This document shows positions 38,492 through 51,639 of a DNA stretch of 64,000 nt, one piece after another; within the stretch, counting starts at the first letter, position 1, and each line of letters begins with the position of its first letter. This DNA comes from Octopus bimaculoides (taxonomy: Eukaryota). The DNA lies in assembly GCF_001194135.2 (NCBI RefSeq), contig NC_068995.1:19163699-19227698 (forward strand). Reading direction: 5' to 3'. The position numbers and the translations under genes were made by a program. Below the pieces are notes generated by a model. That model was not told the DNA's origin. It did no database searches and worked only from the letters and a program-made list of their open reading frames with translations.

Positions 38492-38680
38492 CTTTGAGGG
38501 GTGTGGGGATGAACGATAATATTGACTCCAGTCCTCAACTGGTACTTTTTCAACTACTCCGAAATAATGAAAGACAAAGTCGATTTCGGCGGCATTTCAA
38601 CTCAGAACTTAAAGGCGGAGGAAATACTGCTAAATATTTTGTCCGGTGTACTAACGATTCAGCCACCTCACCGACGAAAT
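38492..38680 (-). mobile_element. SINE family A copy
   Basis: caactggtac...gaaagacaaagtcgatttcggcggcatttcaactcagaac...taacgattcagccacctcacc. Confidence 0.8.
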
Positions 38681-38890
38681 GGATGCTAATATAAATCTCA
38701 TATGATGGCATGTTAAGCATAAAAAGATATCTAACGGAGTCTAGACAGATTTCTTTTAAAAAAGAGTCTAAACAGATTCCTTCAAAGAATACCAGATAAG
38801 CCACCCATATCTGGATACAACTCACTCAATAAAACTCACTACTTGAATGGACCATAAACAAAACTTGACTTAAAAGGATTTAAATAATCC

Positions 38891-39480
38891 TATCAGGTGG
38901 TGCTATTAAGTTAGACACGGTCTGGACCTATCTTTGATCGAAACATATCTAAGTTTATCTGAGTTTAACATGGAAAAGATATTCTATAAATCGTAACGTT
39001 AAATAATATACAAATATAACGTGCTCTGTTTGGAATAGTAGTAATAGTAGAATCTAAGAAATTATAACCTGAATGTCTTTAACAAGAGCAATGTCTACAT
39101 ATAACGTGTCACCGTATAAGAGAAATAAGTATATAAATAAATATGAAACGCTTATCATATTGGCTTCTAAAAGTCTTCATATTTTGGCCATTATCTTTCC
39201 TTAGATACGACACATTCTATTGATTAGAGACGAACTCTTAGTAATAAGACTTTATCGGAATGAGGAGGATCAATAAGGTCAAAACGTCTGAAGCTGGTGA
39301 CACCACTTCAGGTCGATACGTTTCACAACTGTATCTTTATAATTTAAATAGTCTAGGCTCTTAATCATTGGCATGTTGCAGTCGATGGAATGAATGAATT
39401 TATGATGAGGTGAATGAAAACAATAATTATTGGTGAAAGTGTTTGGTGGTGAAAGTTTACTTATTGATTGCCACCTGATA
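38891..39480 (+). mobile_element. Internally deleted mariner derivative (590 bp)
   Basis: Perfect 10-bp inverted ends including TA: tatcaggtgg (38891-38900) and ccacctgata (39471-39480). The internal frame KVKTSEAGDHHF resembles mariner W.KRF..GD..L. Confidence 0.5.
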
Positions 39481-41112
39481 AATAATTATCTCTAGCATTA
39501 ATGCGTATTCAAGTGGATTACACAAGAAAGACATCTTATACGAAATGCCTTATTTAACAAAATATAGTCTGTCTTTCGTGAAATCAAACATAAAAAGAAT
39601 AAGATATTATATATGTGCGTGTGTGTGTGTGTGTGTAGATTGATTGATAGATATATGGATATATATATATATATATATATACTTACACACGCACACATAC
39701 ATATATATGCATATATACATATATGATGTGATATGTCTGTGTGTCTTTGTATGCATGTATGTAGCTTAAGTAAAATTACCCTTAAATCGATCTGCAATCA
39801 ACAAAATGGTGATAACATGTATTATATATCACAAAATTGTTTATATATGATATCTACAGCGATTCGGAAACGCCGAACTTCGGCAAATTTTGAAGTGTCT
39901 CTCACCTTTTGAATAATCTCAGTTTTCATTAGCGGCATAAGTCTTTCAATTATTTTCCATTTTTTTCTTTTTTTTTTTTCTCACGGAAAATGATATATAC
40001 TTCAGCATCCTATTAATTGTTAATTCTGCACAAAAGGAAGGAATAGACCTTCCATTCCGCGATCTACATCTTCTTTAGTTGTAGTCACACATACAGTAGG
40101 CTTATGTTTGGTGTTCAGTTTTATACCATATATTGTGACTGTTCTACTAAAAATCAAAACGAAAACATGTGAACAACTATATCAAGGCACCCCAGGCGCC
40201 ACTCTACTAATTATACCAATACCACCCACCTTGAAATTGTCTTTTATTTATTTGTAATAGAAATATGAAAATTGACATTTGTCCTCAGTATGATCTGAAC
40301 TCAGAACACACGCATAAAAAAAATGCAACAAATAACACAAGGCACATTGCTTGATAAGCAGAGGATTGCCTCGATTCTCAGTTTGCCGGCACAAGGCCGT
40401 ACTAACTTCTAAGAAAAATGTTTGTAACAATAATATCATTTATTGTAAGCAACGGAAACTGTGACGTTTCAGATTTAAATAATTCGATTTCTACAGAACC
40501 GTCGTTCCGATTATAAGGACCTTCTTTGCGCTGCGGTTATATAATCAGTTATTCCAATCGTGCACTTACCTTATATATTCGTTATTGATTCCGTAAAGTT
40601 TTCATTTTGAAATTAAAAGACTTTTATAAGAACTAAACTTTGGATTTTCCGACTCAACCGATTTTGGCATTCAACCATCACCCTATGTGTTCATATATTA
40701 TTATCAAAAGGAGAAACCTGCTTAGTCTTATGCAATATTGACTAGAAATGTCTGAAAGCAATCAGTATTCTTTTATTCTCGAATTGAGAATATATAAGGA
40801 AGACAGTAGTTTCTAATATCGACTCAGTACTTTGCTGGTTCTTTACTGGACTTACCAACCACTTAAAGGACAATGTCGTATCACGTGGGAGAGATTTCAA
40901 CTCTTAAAAAATAGGTCCACAGTGACATAAAGGAAGGAATCATCACTACAGCTCTACGGAGTTTTCCTTTCTTATACAGTTTTCGAGTCAATAATGAAAC
41001 TTAACTTTGTGATTTCACCTTTAAGATGTAGCGTAATAATCTCTCTCAATGTGTAATTTAGTGTCTTAAAAAAAAACATGGTACACCATGTATAATATTG
41101 GCTTAAATTTTT

Positions 41113-41316
41113 GACGAAAGGCCAGCAATTTTGGGGGAGTGGGACCAAGTTAATTAAATCGAACCCAGTGTTCAGCTGATTCTTATTTTATCAACCCTCA
41201 AAAGAATGAAAGCAAAAGTTGACTGCGGCGGCATTTGAATACAGAAAGTAAAGACGGGAAAAATGCATGACGGCATTTTGTTCGGGGTGCTGTCGATTCT
41301 GCCAGCCCACCGCCTT
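41113..41316 (-). mobile_element. SINE family A copy
   Basis: aggccagcaattttgggggagtggg...aaagttgactgcggcggcatttgaa...gattctgccagcccaccgcctt. Confidence 0.85.
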
Positions 41317-41502
41317 AACACCATACATAATACTGTGAACTTATACTTACACAGTCCCTGCACAAGGAGAAGAGATGACTATGATTCGAATAGTGGTTCA
41401 TCATCAGCAATCGTGTCTGTTAAAGTTGATGGATGTGTTATTTCCTACGCAAATAAATATATTCTTATCTTAGAAGTAAATCATTATTTTGGGTTAAAAA
41501 AA

Positions 41503-41676
41503 AAAGAAAGCAGTTCGTAAAGAAAGCAGTTCGTAAAGAAAGCAGTTCGTAAAGAAAGCAGTTCGTAAAGNNNNNNNNNNAGTTCGTAAAGAAAGCAGTT
41601 CGTAAAGAAAGCAGTTCGTAAAGAAAGCAGTTCGTAAAGAAAGCAGTTTGTAAAGAAAGCAGTTCGTAAAGAAAGC
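41503..41676. repeat. 16-bp minisatellite (AAAGAAAGCAGTTCGT)n with an internal 10-N gap
   Basis: About 10 visible near-identical units; one variant has gtttgt. Confidence 0.95.
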
Positions 41677-41871
41677 TTTGGCGAGGTGGCAGAGACTTTA
41701 CCGCGTTGAACAAAATGCATAGCAGTATTTCTTGACTCTCTGTTCACTGAGTTCAAATCCTACTAAGGTCAAAATTTCGGGTGAAAAAATAACGTATCAA
41801 GAGTTGACGGCATTGACTAACACCCCACCAACTTACACATGCTCGCCTTGTGCCAAAGCCACAGTGATGAA

Positions 41872-41895
41872 TCATTATCATTATTATTATTATTA

Positions 41896-41932
<37 letters not shown>

Positions 41933-41953
41933 TACTACTACTACTACTATTAT
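41872..41953. repeat. (TAT)n/(TAC)n trinucleotide microsatellite
   Basis: Visible directly. Confidence 0.95.
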
Positions 41954-42379
41954 TTCTATTAGAGATAAGTGGTTTTCAACAGCGCTAGATAGTACACAAA
42001 AATCAATTACAAGAGAAACCTACATAGTCATGCTACCGTATCGACAGTATCGGAGGAATGGTAGTCAATTCTATTGACTATTAATCAACATATTGAACGC
42101 TACGGATAAGAATAATTATACACATACGAACAACAGATGGCTGATTTGAATCTCTAAAGACACACTTCTGAAGAAGCAAGTAGTCGAAGATATGAATAGA
42201 AGTCACTGCCAAGTGAGTGAGTTCTCATCACTGTAAAATGATGAGTATTGTTGCATTATTGCATTACTCCGTTTAGATAATAATCTGGATAATTTGGGAT
42301 AAAGATGAATTCATCATTCATGTCTTAGTGCCGTTTTACATCATAAACAACACACATATACGTACACGTGAGTGCATAC

Positions 42380-42419
<40 letters not shown>

Positions 42420-42492
42420 NNNNNNNNNNNNNNNNNNNNNNNNNNNNNNNNNNNNNNNNNNNNNNNNNNNNNNNNNNNNNNNNNNNNNNNNN

Positions 42493-45400
42493 ATGATGAT
42501 GATGATGATGATGACGATGACGATGGTGGTAGGGATAATGATGATGGTGATGATGATGATGATGATTGCGTCTTCTTGAGAGATAGCTGACCTGTCAATA
42601 CACACACCACACAACATCACAGTCCAATCAATTCGTTGATGAGCCCTCAGATGACTGTTAAGACAGCTTGCTGACTGTCACAGGTATTATTCAAGTTTCT
42701 TCTAAATCTTTGTCCTTTGGAATATGATTCTGAATGAATATTTTGTGTACTAGCATATGCTTTTGAAGTGCAGATGTTGTCTTACAACTTTTGTGACATA
42801 TAACAAAAGTCCTAAGAGGCGGTTGGTGAAATACCTACCGGAGCATTTCAATTTTCATGTGACTTCATATGATTCATGTATCCTGCTTTGGTAATAGAAC
42901 ATAATCACATTTAATGAATATCCAATGTTCACTGTTGATTACAGTTGCAGTCGTTCCTTTGCGACAGGTCCTTTTAAGTTCAGAGTGCTGAATCATCTTT
43001 TCCTCCCAAGCATTGCAACCAATCCTAACAGCACCTCTTCACTTATTCCGATCTAGTACACCAGTTTCCCACTCAATTTTTTTCATGTCTAGTTTCTTCA
43101 GGTTTTCCTTCATACAGTTTTTATACCTTTTCCTCGGCTTGTGATCGCCTACCAGAGTTGAGCTCATCATAAAAAGACGCTTTGGCAATCGCTCGTCAAT
43201 TATTCTTATAACAAGTCCAGTCCATCTAATTTGAGCCATGATAACACATTCAATTGAGTTACAACGTGCCATGCACAAAACTTCTATATATGGTATGAAG
43301 TATTCTCACTTAACTCCTAAGTGGTCTCTGTCTCTCTTGAATAAAGAGGTGCAGTCAATACGCTTTATAGACATTAATTTTTGTCTGCAGGAAATGCCTC
43401 CATCCGCCCATACCCGCTTTTCGAGCTTTCCAAATGCAACACTCTCCTTCCCTATTCGATAGTATATCTCTGCATTAAGACCACCATCTCTTGACAATGT
43501 GCTTCCAAAGTAAACAAAGATGTCAACGACTTCTAATCTTGCTCCATTCACAAAAATGCTTGGTTCAGAATATGTTTGTCCCGGCATAGGAGTAAACATT
43601 ACTTTGGTTTTTCCCCTGACTACTTGTAAGTCCCAAATGTACACTTTCAGAGGAAAATCTGTTCATTATATGTTGCTTATCCACCCCCTCTGAGTGTTGC
43701 AACACATCAGCATTATCAGCATGAAGTAATTCTCTATCAATTGTCTTGAAAGTCTTTGCTTTGCAGCTAAACTGGATCAAATTAAGATGCTACCAGTTGT
43801 CTGAATCTGATTGCGATTCTCCAGTTGCAATCCTTGAAAACATACCAAAACAATATAGCAAAATAAATACAGAAAAGTGTAGGTGCAGCCATATTTCCGT
43901 TTGACACCGTTGTCCACCAAAAATTCATGAGAAGGCTCACTATTAAAGATTACCTGAGCTTTCATATTTCTATATAGTTCCTTAAAGATGCTCACAAAAT
44001 ATGTTCGGAAACTAAGTTTACACAAAACAATCCACAGTGCCTCTGTTCACTGTGTCAAATGCTTATTTAAATCTATGAAGACCTGATATATCTGAATTTG
44101 TTCCTCTAAGCATATCTCCTGAACCTGCCTCACAGAAAATATCATGTCCATTTTTTCTGGGTCAGGTCTGAAACCGCACTGTTCTTCCAGAATCATATGT
44201 GGACACACATTCTCAACGAGATGTTCTAACATGATCCATGAATGTATCTTTATGGTGTGTGTCAGGAGAGTTATCCCTCTAGAATCACTACACACTGCTT
44301 TTTGGACCCTTACCTTTGTATACAGATATTAGAATGTCACTTATCCATTCCTGTGGCATAGAAGATTAATTCCAAACCCGAGTCATCAAGATATGAATTT
44401 CAGAGGAAATATGATCCTCACCTGCTTTCAGAAATTCAATTGGAATACCATCCAATCCAGGAGCTTTACCTGATCTCAGTTTACATAATTTACTAATTCA
44501 ATGGAAGGTATATTGTTCATGTGTTGTACAATCTCTTTTTGCGGAATGTTGTTTATGATATGTATGTTCACAACAGACGGATTATGAAAAAGGTCTACAG
44601 GCCGCCTGTACTTCCTCAGACAAATTTCTCCCCCAAGTGTATTTAAACCTCCTGGGTTTTTTTTGCAAATTTGCTTTCTGAGACTTGTACAACATTTCTA
44701 GTTGCACCTTGTTCTTAGGGTATGGGTCACGAAGCTTTTCATAAGTGGATCGCTTTGTTGCTAAAGGCTCGTTTATCACTGTAACAAAGGAATAAAACCA
44801 GTCTCGGTACTGTCCCTTCTTAAAACCTAACACCTCTGATACAATTTTATATAGTTCATCCCGAAAAGTTTTGCCATGAACCTTCAAAATGAACATCGCT
44901 GCGTCTCTCCTGAAATAAATGCAAAACTTGTGGTCGTTTTAGCTGCGCTTCATCAATTCTCTTTGGTACTCGTACACCTGCACTAAGAATTTTCTTGCGG
45001 AATCTGAATTCGAACTTGGCCCTCACCAACCTGTGACCAGTATCAAAATTAGCACCTCGCAATTCTCTGAGACTTCACAGATGTTGTAAGACAACTTTCC
45101 GAGTTAATACAAAGTCAATCATGTGACCTTGCTTTGATCTTGGGGGAATCCAGGTAACTTTATACTTTAACTTATAATTAACGAAAGTATTCTCAACCAC
45201 CGAATCTACCTCAGAGCACACATGTGGCAGATGCAACCTATTGTTGTTCATTTATCCTATTCTGTAACACTCAAGTATATTCCAAGAAGCATAGTCTCTA
45301 CAGCGCGTTTCATTAAATTCACCAAGCACAACTAGCTTCTCATTCAAAGGAACTGACGGAATACTTCTTCTAAACTTCATAAAATGCATGGATATTTTCC

Positions 45401-45545
45401 TCAGTAGATGAAAGTGAAGGAGTATAGATAGAGAAAACAGTTACAAAACGTCTACAAGAAAGTGGGATCCGGATTTCCATTATGCGTTTATTTATGCATT
45501 GTTTTTGTTCTTGGTCTTTTAGCATAATCATTCCTACTCTAGGCA
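42493..45545 (-). mobile_element. RTE-clade (BovB-like) LINE, ~3 kb, decayed, 5' end lost, with (ATC)n tail
   Basis: Ordered motifs on the minus strand: endonuclease (FVTVFSIYTPS; RGANFDTGHRLV), RT (SRGITLL...EEQCGFRP...MIFSVRQVQE...VFIDL; NGVKR; RELLHADN; KTKVM...FVYFGS) and 3' domain (QIRWTG...DERLPKRLF...PRKRYKN; LNSHLRAH). The tail appears as (GAT)n on + at 42493-42565. Confidence 0.92.
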
Positions 45546-45715
45546 CAAGAGCCGAAATATTTCGGGAGGGGCCAGTCGATTGGATCGACCTCAGTACGCA
45601 ACTGGTACTTAATTTATCAGCCCCAACATAGTGAAAGGCAAAGTCAACCTCGGCTGAATTTGAACCCAGAACGTAAAGACAACGGAATACCACTAAGCAT
45701 TTCGCCCTGCATGCT
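45545..45715 (-). mobile_element. SINE family A copy at the 5' break of the RTE
   Basis: gccagtcgattggatcgacctcagtacgcaactggtactt...aaggcaaagtcaacctcggctgaatttgaacccagaacgtaaagac...aagcatttcgccc; a low-divergence copy. Confidence 0.9.
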
Positions 45716-47814
45716 NNNNNNNNNNNNNNNNNNNNNNNNNNNNNNNNNNNNNNNNNNNNNNNNNNNNNNNNNNNNNNNNNNNNNNNNNNNNNNNNNNNNN
45801 NNNNNNNNNNNNNNNNNNNNNNNNNNNNNNNNNNNNNNNNNNNNNNNNNNNNNNNNNNNNNNNNNNNNNNNNNNNNNNNNNNNNNNNNNNNNNNNNNNNN
45901 NNNNNNNNNNNNNNNNNNNNNNNNNNNNNNNNNNNNNNNNNNNNNNNNNNNNNNNNNNNNNNNNNNNNNNNNNNNNNNNNNNNNNNNNNNNNNNNNNNNN
46001 NNNNNNNNNNNNNNNNNNNNNNNNNNNNNNNNNNNNNNNNNNNNNNNNNNNNNNNNNNNNNNNNNNNNNNNNNNNNNNNNNNNNNNNNNNNNNNNNNNNN
46101 NNNNNNNNNNNNNNNNNNNNNNNNNNNNNNNNNNNNNNNNNNNNNNNNNNNNNNNNNNNNNNNNNNNNNNNNNNNNNNNNNNNNNNNNNNNNNNNNNNNN
46201 NNNNNNNNNNNNNNNNNNNNNNNNNNNNNNNNNNNNNNNNNNNNNNNNNNNNNNNNNNNNNNNNNNNNNNNNNNNNNNNNNNNNNNNNNNNNNNNNNNNN
46301 NNNNNNNNNNNNNNNNNNNNNNNNNNNNNNNNNNNNNNNNNNNNNNNNNNNNNNNNNNNNNNNNNNNNNNNNNNNNNNNNNNNNNNNNNNNNNNNNNNNN
46401 NNNNNNNNNNNNNNNNNNNNNNNNNNNNNNNNNNNNNNNNNNNNNNNNNNNNNNNNNNNNNNNNNNNNNNNNNNNNNNNNNNNNNNNNNNNNNNNNNNNN
46501 NNNNNNNNNNNNNNNNNNNNNNNNNNNNNNNNNNNNNNNNNNNNNNNNNNNNNNNNNNNNNNNNNNNNNNNNNNNNNNNNNNNNNNNNNNNNNNNNNNNN
46601 NNNNNNNNNNNNNNNNNNNNNNNNNNNNNNNNNNNNNNNNNNNNNNNNNNNNNNNNNNNNNNNNNNNNNNNNNNNTATATATATATATATATATATATGT
46701 ATATAGTATTAAATTGCTTCTAACAGAATATTTGAATTTTATTCTGCTTGTGATGCGTTACTCCACATCAACAAATAAATTTTATACTCTGTGCGTGTAT
46801 AATTCACATATGGCGTTTTCCGGTTCACTTGGAAAGTGGTGCGAGTATATATGATACACACACACACAAACCCATACACACACACACACACACACACATA
46901 TAAATACAAACGCTCCCATACATTTATACATGCTAGAATCATTCGTACACATAGATGTGTTTGTGCATGTTGAATTTAACTATATAGATACTACATACTT
47001 AGCTTACAATAGTCTAAAACTAAAACACCAACATCTATTATGAGAAACGCAAGAATGTTTCTCTCTGTAATCTTAATCGAAACCAAATTTCAAAGTCATT
47101 TTCTAACATTTTAACGATCTCTATGCAGTGAAGAGAAAGTAACTCGTGCATAGATCTGTGGGAAAGTTGGATGTTGATGAGAAAAAAAAAACTGTGTAAC
47201 AATTGAACGAAAATATTTAAAATTAGGTTGGAAGTCCACTTGTGTTTCACTTGTAATCCATGTCTGTTTGTTGTTCTCGGTCCAATATTCTCTGCAACTC
47301 TTGTAGATGCCATCAGCTGGGATGCGATCTTGTCGTTAAAAACACAAAATTTCGTCATACGCTCTGGCTGATAAGTGATAAGGAATTAGGGACATTCTGT
47401 GTCTGTTCTCCGTTCGTCTGTGCATTTAGTATATGTTTTTTAACATGCCATTCTATGTCTGTTTTTCGTTTGTACATTTACAATACAGTTTTTTTAATTA
47501 TTAAGCGACGAAACGCAACGCACCAGTTTTTATTCACAGTAGGCCACTTATATATGCGTACGACTTCTATTTCTAGCCTATTTTGTTTCTCCTTCTTCTC
47601 TTTCTGTCTCTTTCTTTCTCTCTCTCCTCCTCTGTCTCTCTCTCTTTTGCTCTCTCTCTCTCTCTCTCTCTCTCGTTCTCTTTCTCCACTGCCCTCTGCA
47701 TCTCATTCTGCCTGCTTCTGACACGTGACCCGTGGAGAGCTTCTTTTTTTCTCTCTTTCATATTTTACATCGGTCGTCAATTCTCTAGTCTCCACTCCAG
47801 TCTGTCTCACTTAT

Positions 47815-48140
47815 TTACGGTTAAACACACCAGCATCGGTTGCGAAGCTATGGCGGAGGAACAAAGACTGACACAAAGACATACACACACACAAACACAC
47901 ACACACACACACACACACANNNNNNNNNNNNNNNNNNNNNNNNNNNNNNNNNNNNNNNNNNNNNNNNNNNNNNNNNNNNNNNNNNNNNNNNNNNNNNNNN
48001 NNNNNNNNNNNNNNNNNNNNATATATATATACGACATACTTCTTTCAATTTTAGTTGACCAAATCTGGAGACATGCAGCGCAGTGGGACTGAACCCGAAA
48101 CCTTGTGATTAGGGAGCAAGCTTCTTTCCACACAACCATA
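47815..48140 (-). mobile_element. SINE family B copy with an N-gap in its internal microsatellite
   Basis: aaacacaccagcatcggttg...(CA)n-N-(TA)n...gcagtgggactgaacccg...cttctttccacacaacca. Confidence 0.8.
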
Positions 48141-48496
48141 TTTACCTCCGCCTTAGTGAAGGCGGAGGTATTGCTTTTCAGTTGTGTTTGTTTGTTTGTC
48201 TGTTTAACTGTGGATGGATTCGGATGAAATTTTGAAGGGTGTTTGGTCTTGTGATTGGCACAAATGGATCAGATGTTGGGATTGATCAGTTACCGGACAA
48301 GGATTTCGGATGATTTTTCTTGCTTTTTGACTTAAATTTTGAGAGCGGTCGGGTTCATTTTTAGTATTCTCATTTGAGATAACAGTCGAATTTATTTCAG
48401 ATATTCTCATTTTAAAATTCATCTCCAGCTAATCCTTAACCAAGGCAACGTTGGTGTTGCTTTGGTGAAGGTTTGCAATCTCTGAATGCCCTTGTT
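48141..48496 (+). mobile_element. Helentron-associated non-autonomous element (HINE/DINE-1-like)
   Basis: The 5' end tttacctccgcc sits in a 12-bp hairpin and is followed by a (gttt/gtct)n tract. The 3' end has a hairpin caaggcaac/gttgctttg and the terminus tggtgaaggtttgcaatctctgaatgcc, similar to the ggcggaggt...ctctgagtgc ends of this class. Confidence 0.65.
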
Positions 48497-48940
48497 TGCG
48501 ATGTCTATGAATTCGTCTTTATGCAGTTATCCGATATTATTGTATTTTTTCGTTTATATCGTTCCGAATACAATTGTCATTGTATTTGTTGTACTCCAGT
48601 GACTTGAACACGTATTTATGTATTGGCTATTTGCATTTGTCAGCGGCCTTCTGGTCCCAGACTGGCATCTATCGAATACATATGGATGAAGAGGTGTCAC
48701 ATTTGACATTAAATAACACTTGTGTTATATTTTGCTCACTCCATGTCTGTTTTCTAGAGGATATCAAAGCTGTAAAACTGTGCAATAACTGAAAGAATAG
48801 AATTATCTCGATTTTGTATGAGTTTTAAAACGGCGTTGACTATCACATTTTAACTCGCGTAATGAAAATTCGGAAAGTTGCATTTCAATTTTCACTTTCT
48901 TTTGGGAACTCATTGGGTCCGCAATGTTTAGGCATTCGAG

Positions 48941-49092
48941 TTTAGTGAAGTCGGAGGTATTGTTTTCCAATTGCGTTTGCTTCTTTGTTTGACTCTGGAT
49001 GGATTTGGATGAAACTTTGAGGAATGATTGACCTTGTGACTGACACAAAGTGATTAGATTTTGGGATTGATCAGGTACCGGACAAGGATTCA
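48941..49092 (+). mobile_element. Second, partial copy of the same HINE-like element
   Basis: ttagtgaagtcggaggtattgtttt...ggatggatttggatgaaactttga...tgggattgatcaggtaccggacaaggatt aligns with 48153-48305. Confidence 0.7.
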
Positions 49093-50002
49093 AGAATGTA
49101 TTCGTAATGAGTGTCGTTATTGTAAATGAGAAGGAATTCCCTTTACGGGTGAAAGATTTTCTAAGGAAGGCTTACTTTTTTGGTTGTTGAAAATTAATTG
49201 AAATACATAAAGTGTATTTTGTTCATCACTAGTACATTCTTTTAATTTGCATAACCAAAAGAGCAGTTCGAGACCATTATCATTATTCATAAATAAAATA
49301 AAGAAAGAACAAATAATGAAAATCAGAGAATAACACAAGTATTTTTCAAGCAAAGTTGTTACTATCAAATTTTTGAAACATAAATAGGAATTTTGGGTGG
49401 AAATATGGAAACAGAAAGAGGATAAATCTAAAACGATAAACATTCTGTTGGAAAGCAGATTTGTTGATTTGATGCAACACCATGGTTTGGCAAAGAAATG
49501 AATGAAGTTTCAAAATACTTGTTCCACTTTAATACTGATTTGCGATGACTTCTCTATCAATATGAAATAGCACTATAAATTTGTATTAAAATCTAAGACT
49601 CTCTGATTGGTATAAATTACGCAAATATAAGTTTGTGAATATTTAAAACTTTCGTAATGGCACTAAAGAACACTATAATGTTGGAATATATGCAACTAGA
49701 ATTCTATCTTTAATAAATGCATAGAAATTAAGTTTGCTCCAAGAAACTGTTTGCTCCTAGAACTTAATATTGTTTTAGCTTTCGTATATAAAGTAATTCG
49801 GAAGAATTTTATCTCCATTAATAGTAATAACATTAAGTTAATAGTTGATTCTAATACGCGCAAAAACATTACAGAAACACACAAATGTATTCACACATTC
49901 ACACACATATATATTTGTGCGTGTGTGATGTTCTTTTCAATAAAACATCCTTTATATTCATGCATCCATACACAGTACATATGTATATGCACATACACAC
50001 GT

Positions 50003-50045
<43 letters not shown>

Positions 50046-50219
50046 NNNNNNNNNNNNNNNNNNNNNNNNNNNNNNNNNNNNNNNNNNNNNNNNNNNNNNN
50101 NNNNNNNNNNNNNNNNNNNNNNNNNNNNNNNNNNNNNNNNNNNNNNNNNNNNNNNNNNNNNNNNNNNNNNNNNNNNNNNNNNNNNNNNNNNNNNNNNNNN
50201 NNNNNNNNNNNNNNNNATG

Positions 50220-50272
<53 letters not shown>

Positions 50273-51377
50273 ATATATATAAACATGCACACACAAGTAC
50301 ACATTGTTCGCATATAACTTTGAATCTTTTCTTTCTAAATTGCGTTTAATTTTCTTTTTCTTTTTTAATGACAGGAAATCAACGCTGAAAGATATTCCCA
50401 GAGTAATTAATAGCAGTATATTTAAAACGTTCCATTGAAATACGTCTAGTAATTTTAAATATCCTTTCTTAAGATGACCTTTTTTCGTTAGATTTAATGA
50501 CAAAATTAAAATTTATCCTGACAGATTTAATTACGAAAAAATAAACATTTCCTATATATCTCCGTCGGCTAAATAAAATTTATAATTGGTCTAGGCATGA
50601 AAGAAATTGGAATTTGTGTAATATCCAGCAAGGCTCACGCAGAATCATGCACTCACACAAAGACATGCTGACATATAGAGGCATATAGAGAGGCATATAT
50701 TAATTCTTTATAGGAAATGTTCAAATAATTAAAAAAGAGATAGTTAACATCTACATCCAATAATGCAGTTGTGAACCATTGATTGGCACGCTGAAGCTAA
50801 TCTCTAAAAGGGCTATTGTTTGTGGATATTTACAGCGGTTACGTGTCTCTGTGTATGTGCGTGTACGCAAAGAGACAGACAGGCAGAGAGACTGAGAGTG
50901 AGAGAGAGAGTGACAGGAAGAGAGAAAGAGAGACAGGCTGACAGAGACACAGGTAGCTAAAATGGAGGCTTTCTTCCATAAATAAGAAAAGCCTAAAGTC
51001 TCTGAGACAGACGAATTAGGAGTATAGAGGAGATGTAAGATGTGGATATCGAAACAGAGACCGTTGCTCTATGAGATGATGCTAATAATTTGGTAGATGT
51101 TTCAGTATGGGAAATGTACAATGTAGTAGTAAGATACTAGTCTTCTAAAAGTAAGAAGTATTTGTGAGGTCAGAGGTAGGAGAGGAAACTTAACGGAGAA
51201 ACTGACAATAGGATGTGAAAAGATGAACATCATCGGTTACATGGTCACACGCTTACATTTATATATATATATATTCATATAAACAGTCACTGACTTATGC
51301 ACAGGTATGCTAACAATACTTCAACACAAATGCAGATCTTTATATATATATATATAACGTTGACCATCGAAGTGGAC

Positions 51378-51411
<34 letters not shown>

Positions 51412-51594
51412 NNNNNNNNNNNNNNNNNNNNNNNNNNNNNNNNNNNNNNNNNNNNNNNNNNNNNNNNNNNNNNNNNNNNNNNNNNNNNNNNNNNNNNNNN
51501 NNNNNNNNNNNNNNNNNNNNNNNNNNNNNNNNNNNNNNNNNNNNNNNNNNNNNNNNNNNNNNNNNNNNNNNNNNNNNNNNNNNNNNNNNCATAC

Positions 51595-51626
<32 letters not shown>

Positions 51627-51639
51627 GTGTGTATATGTT

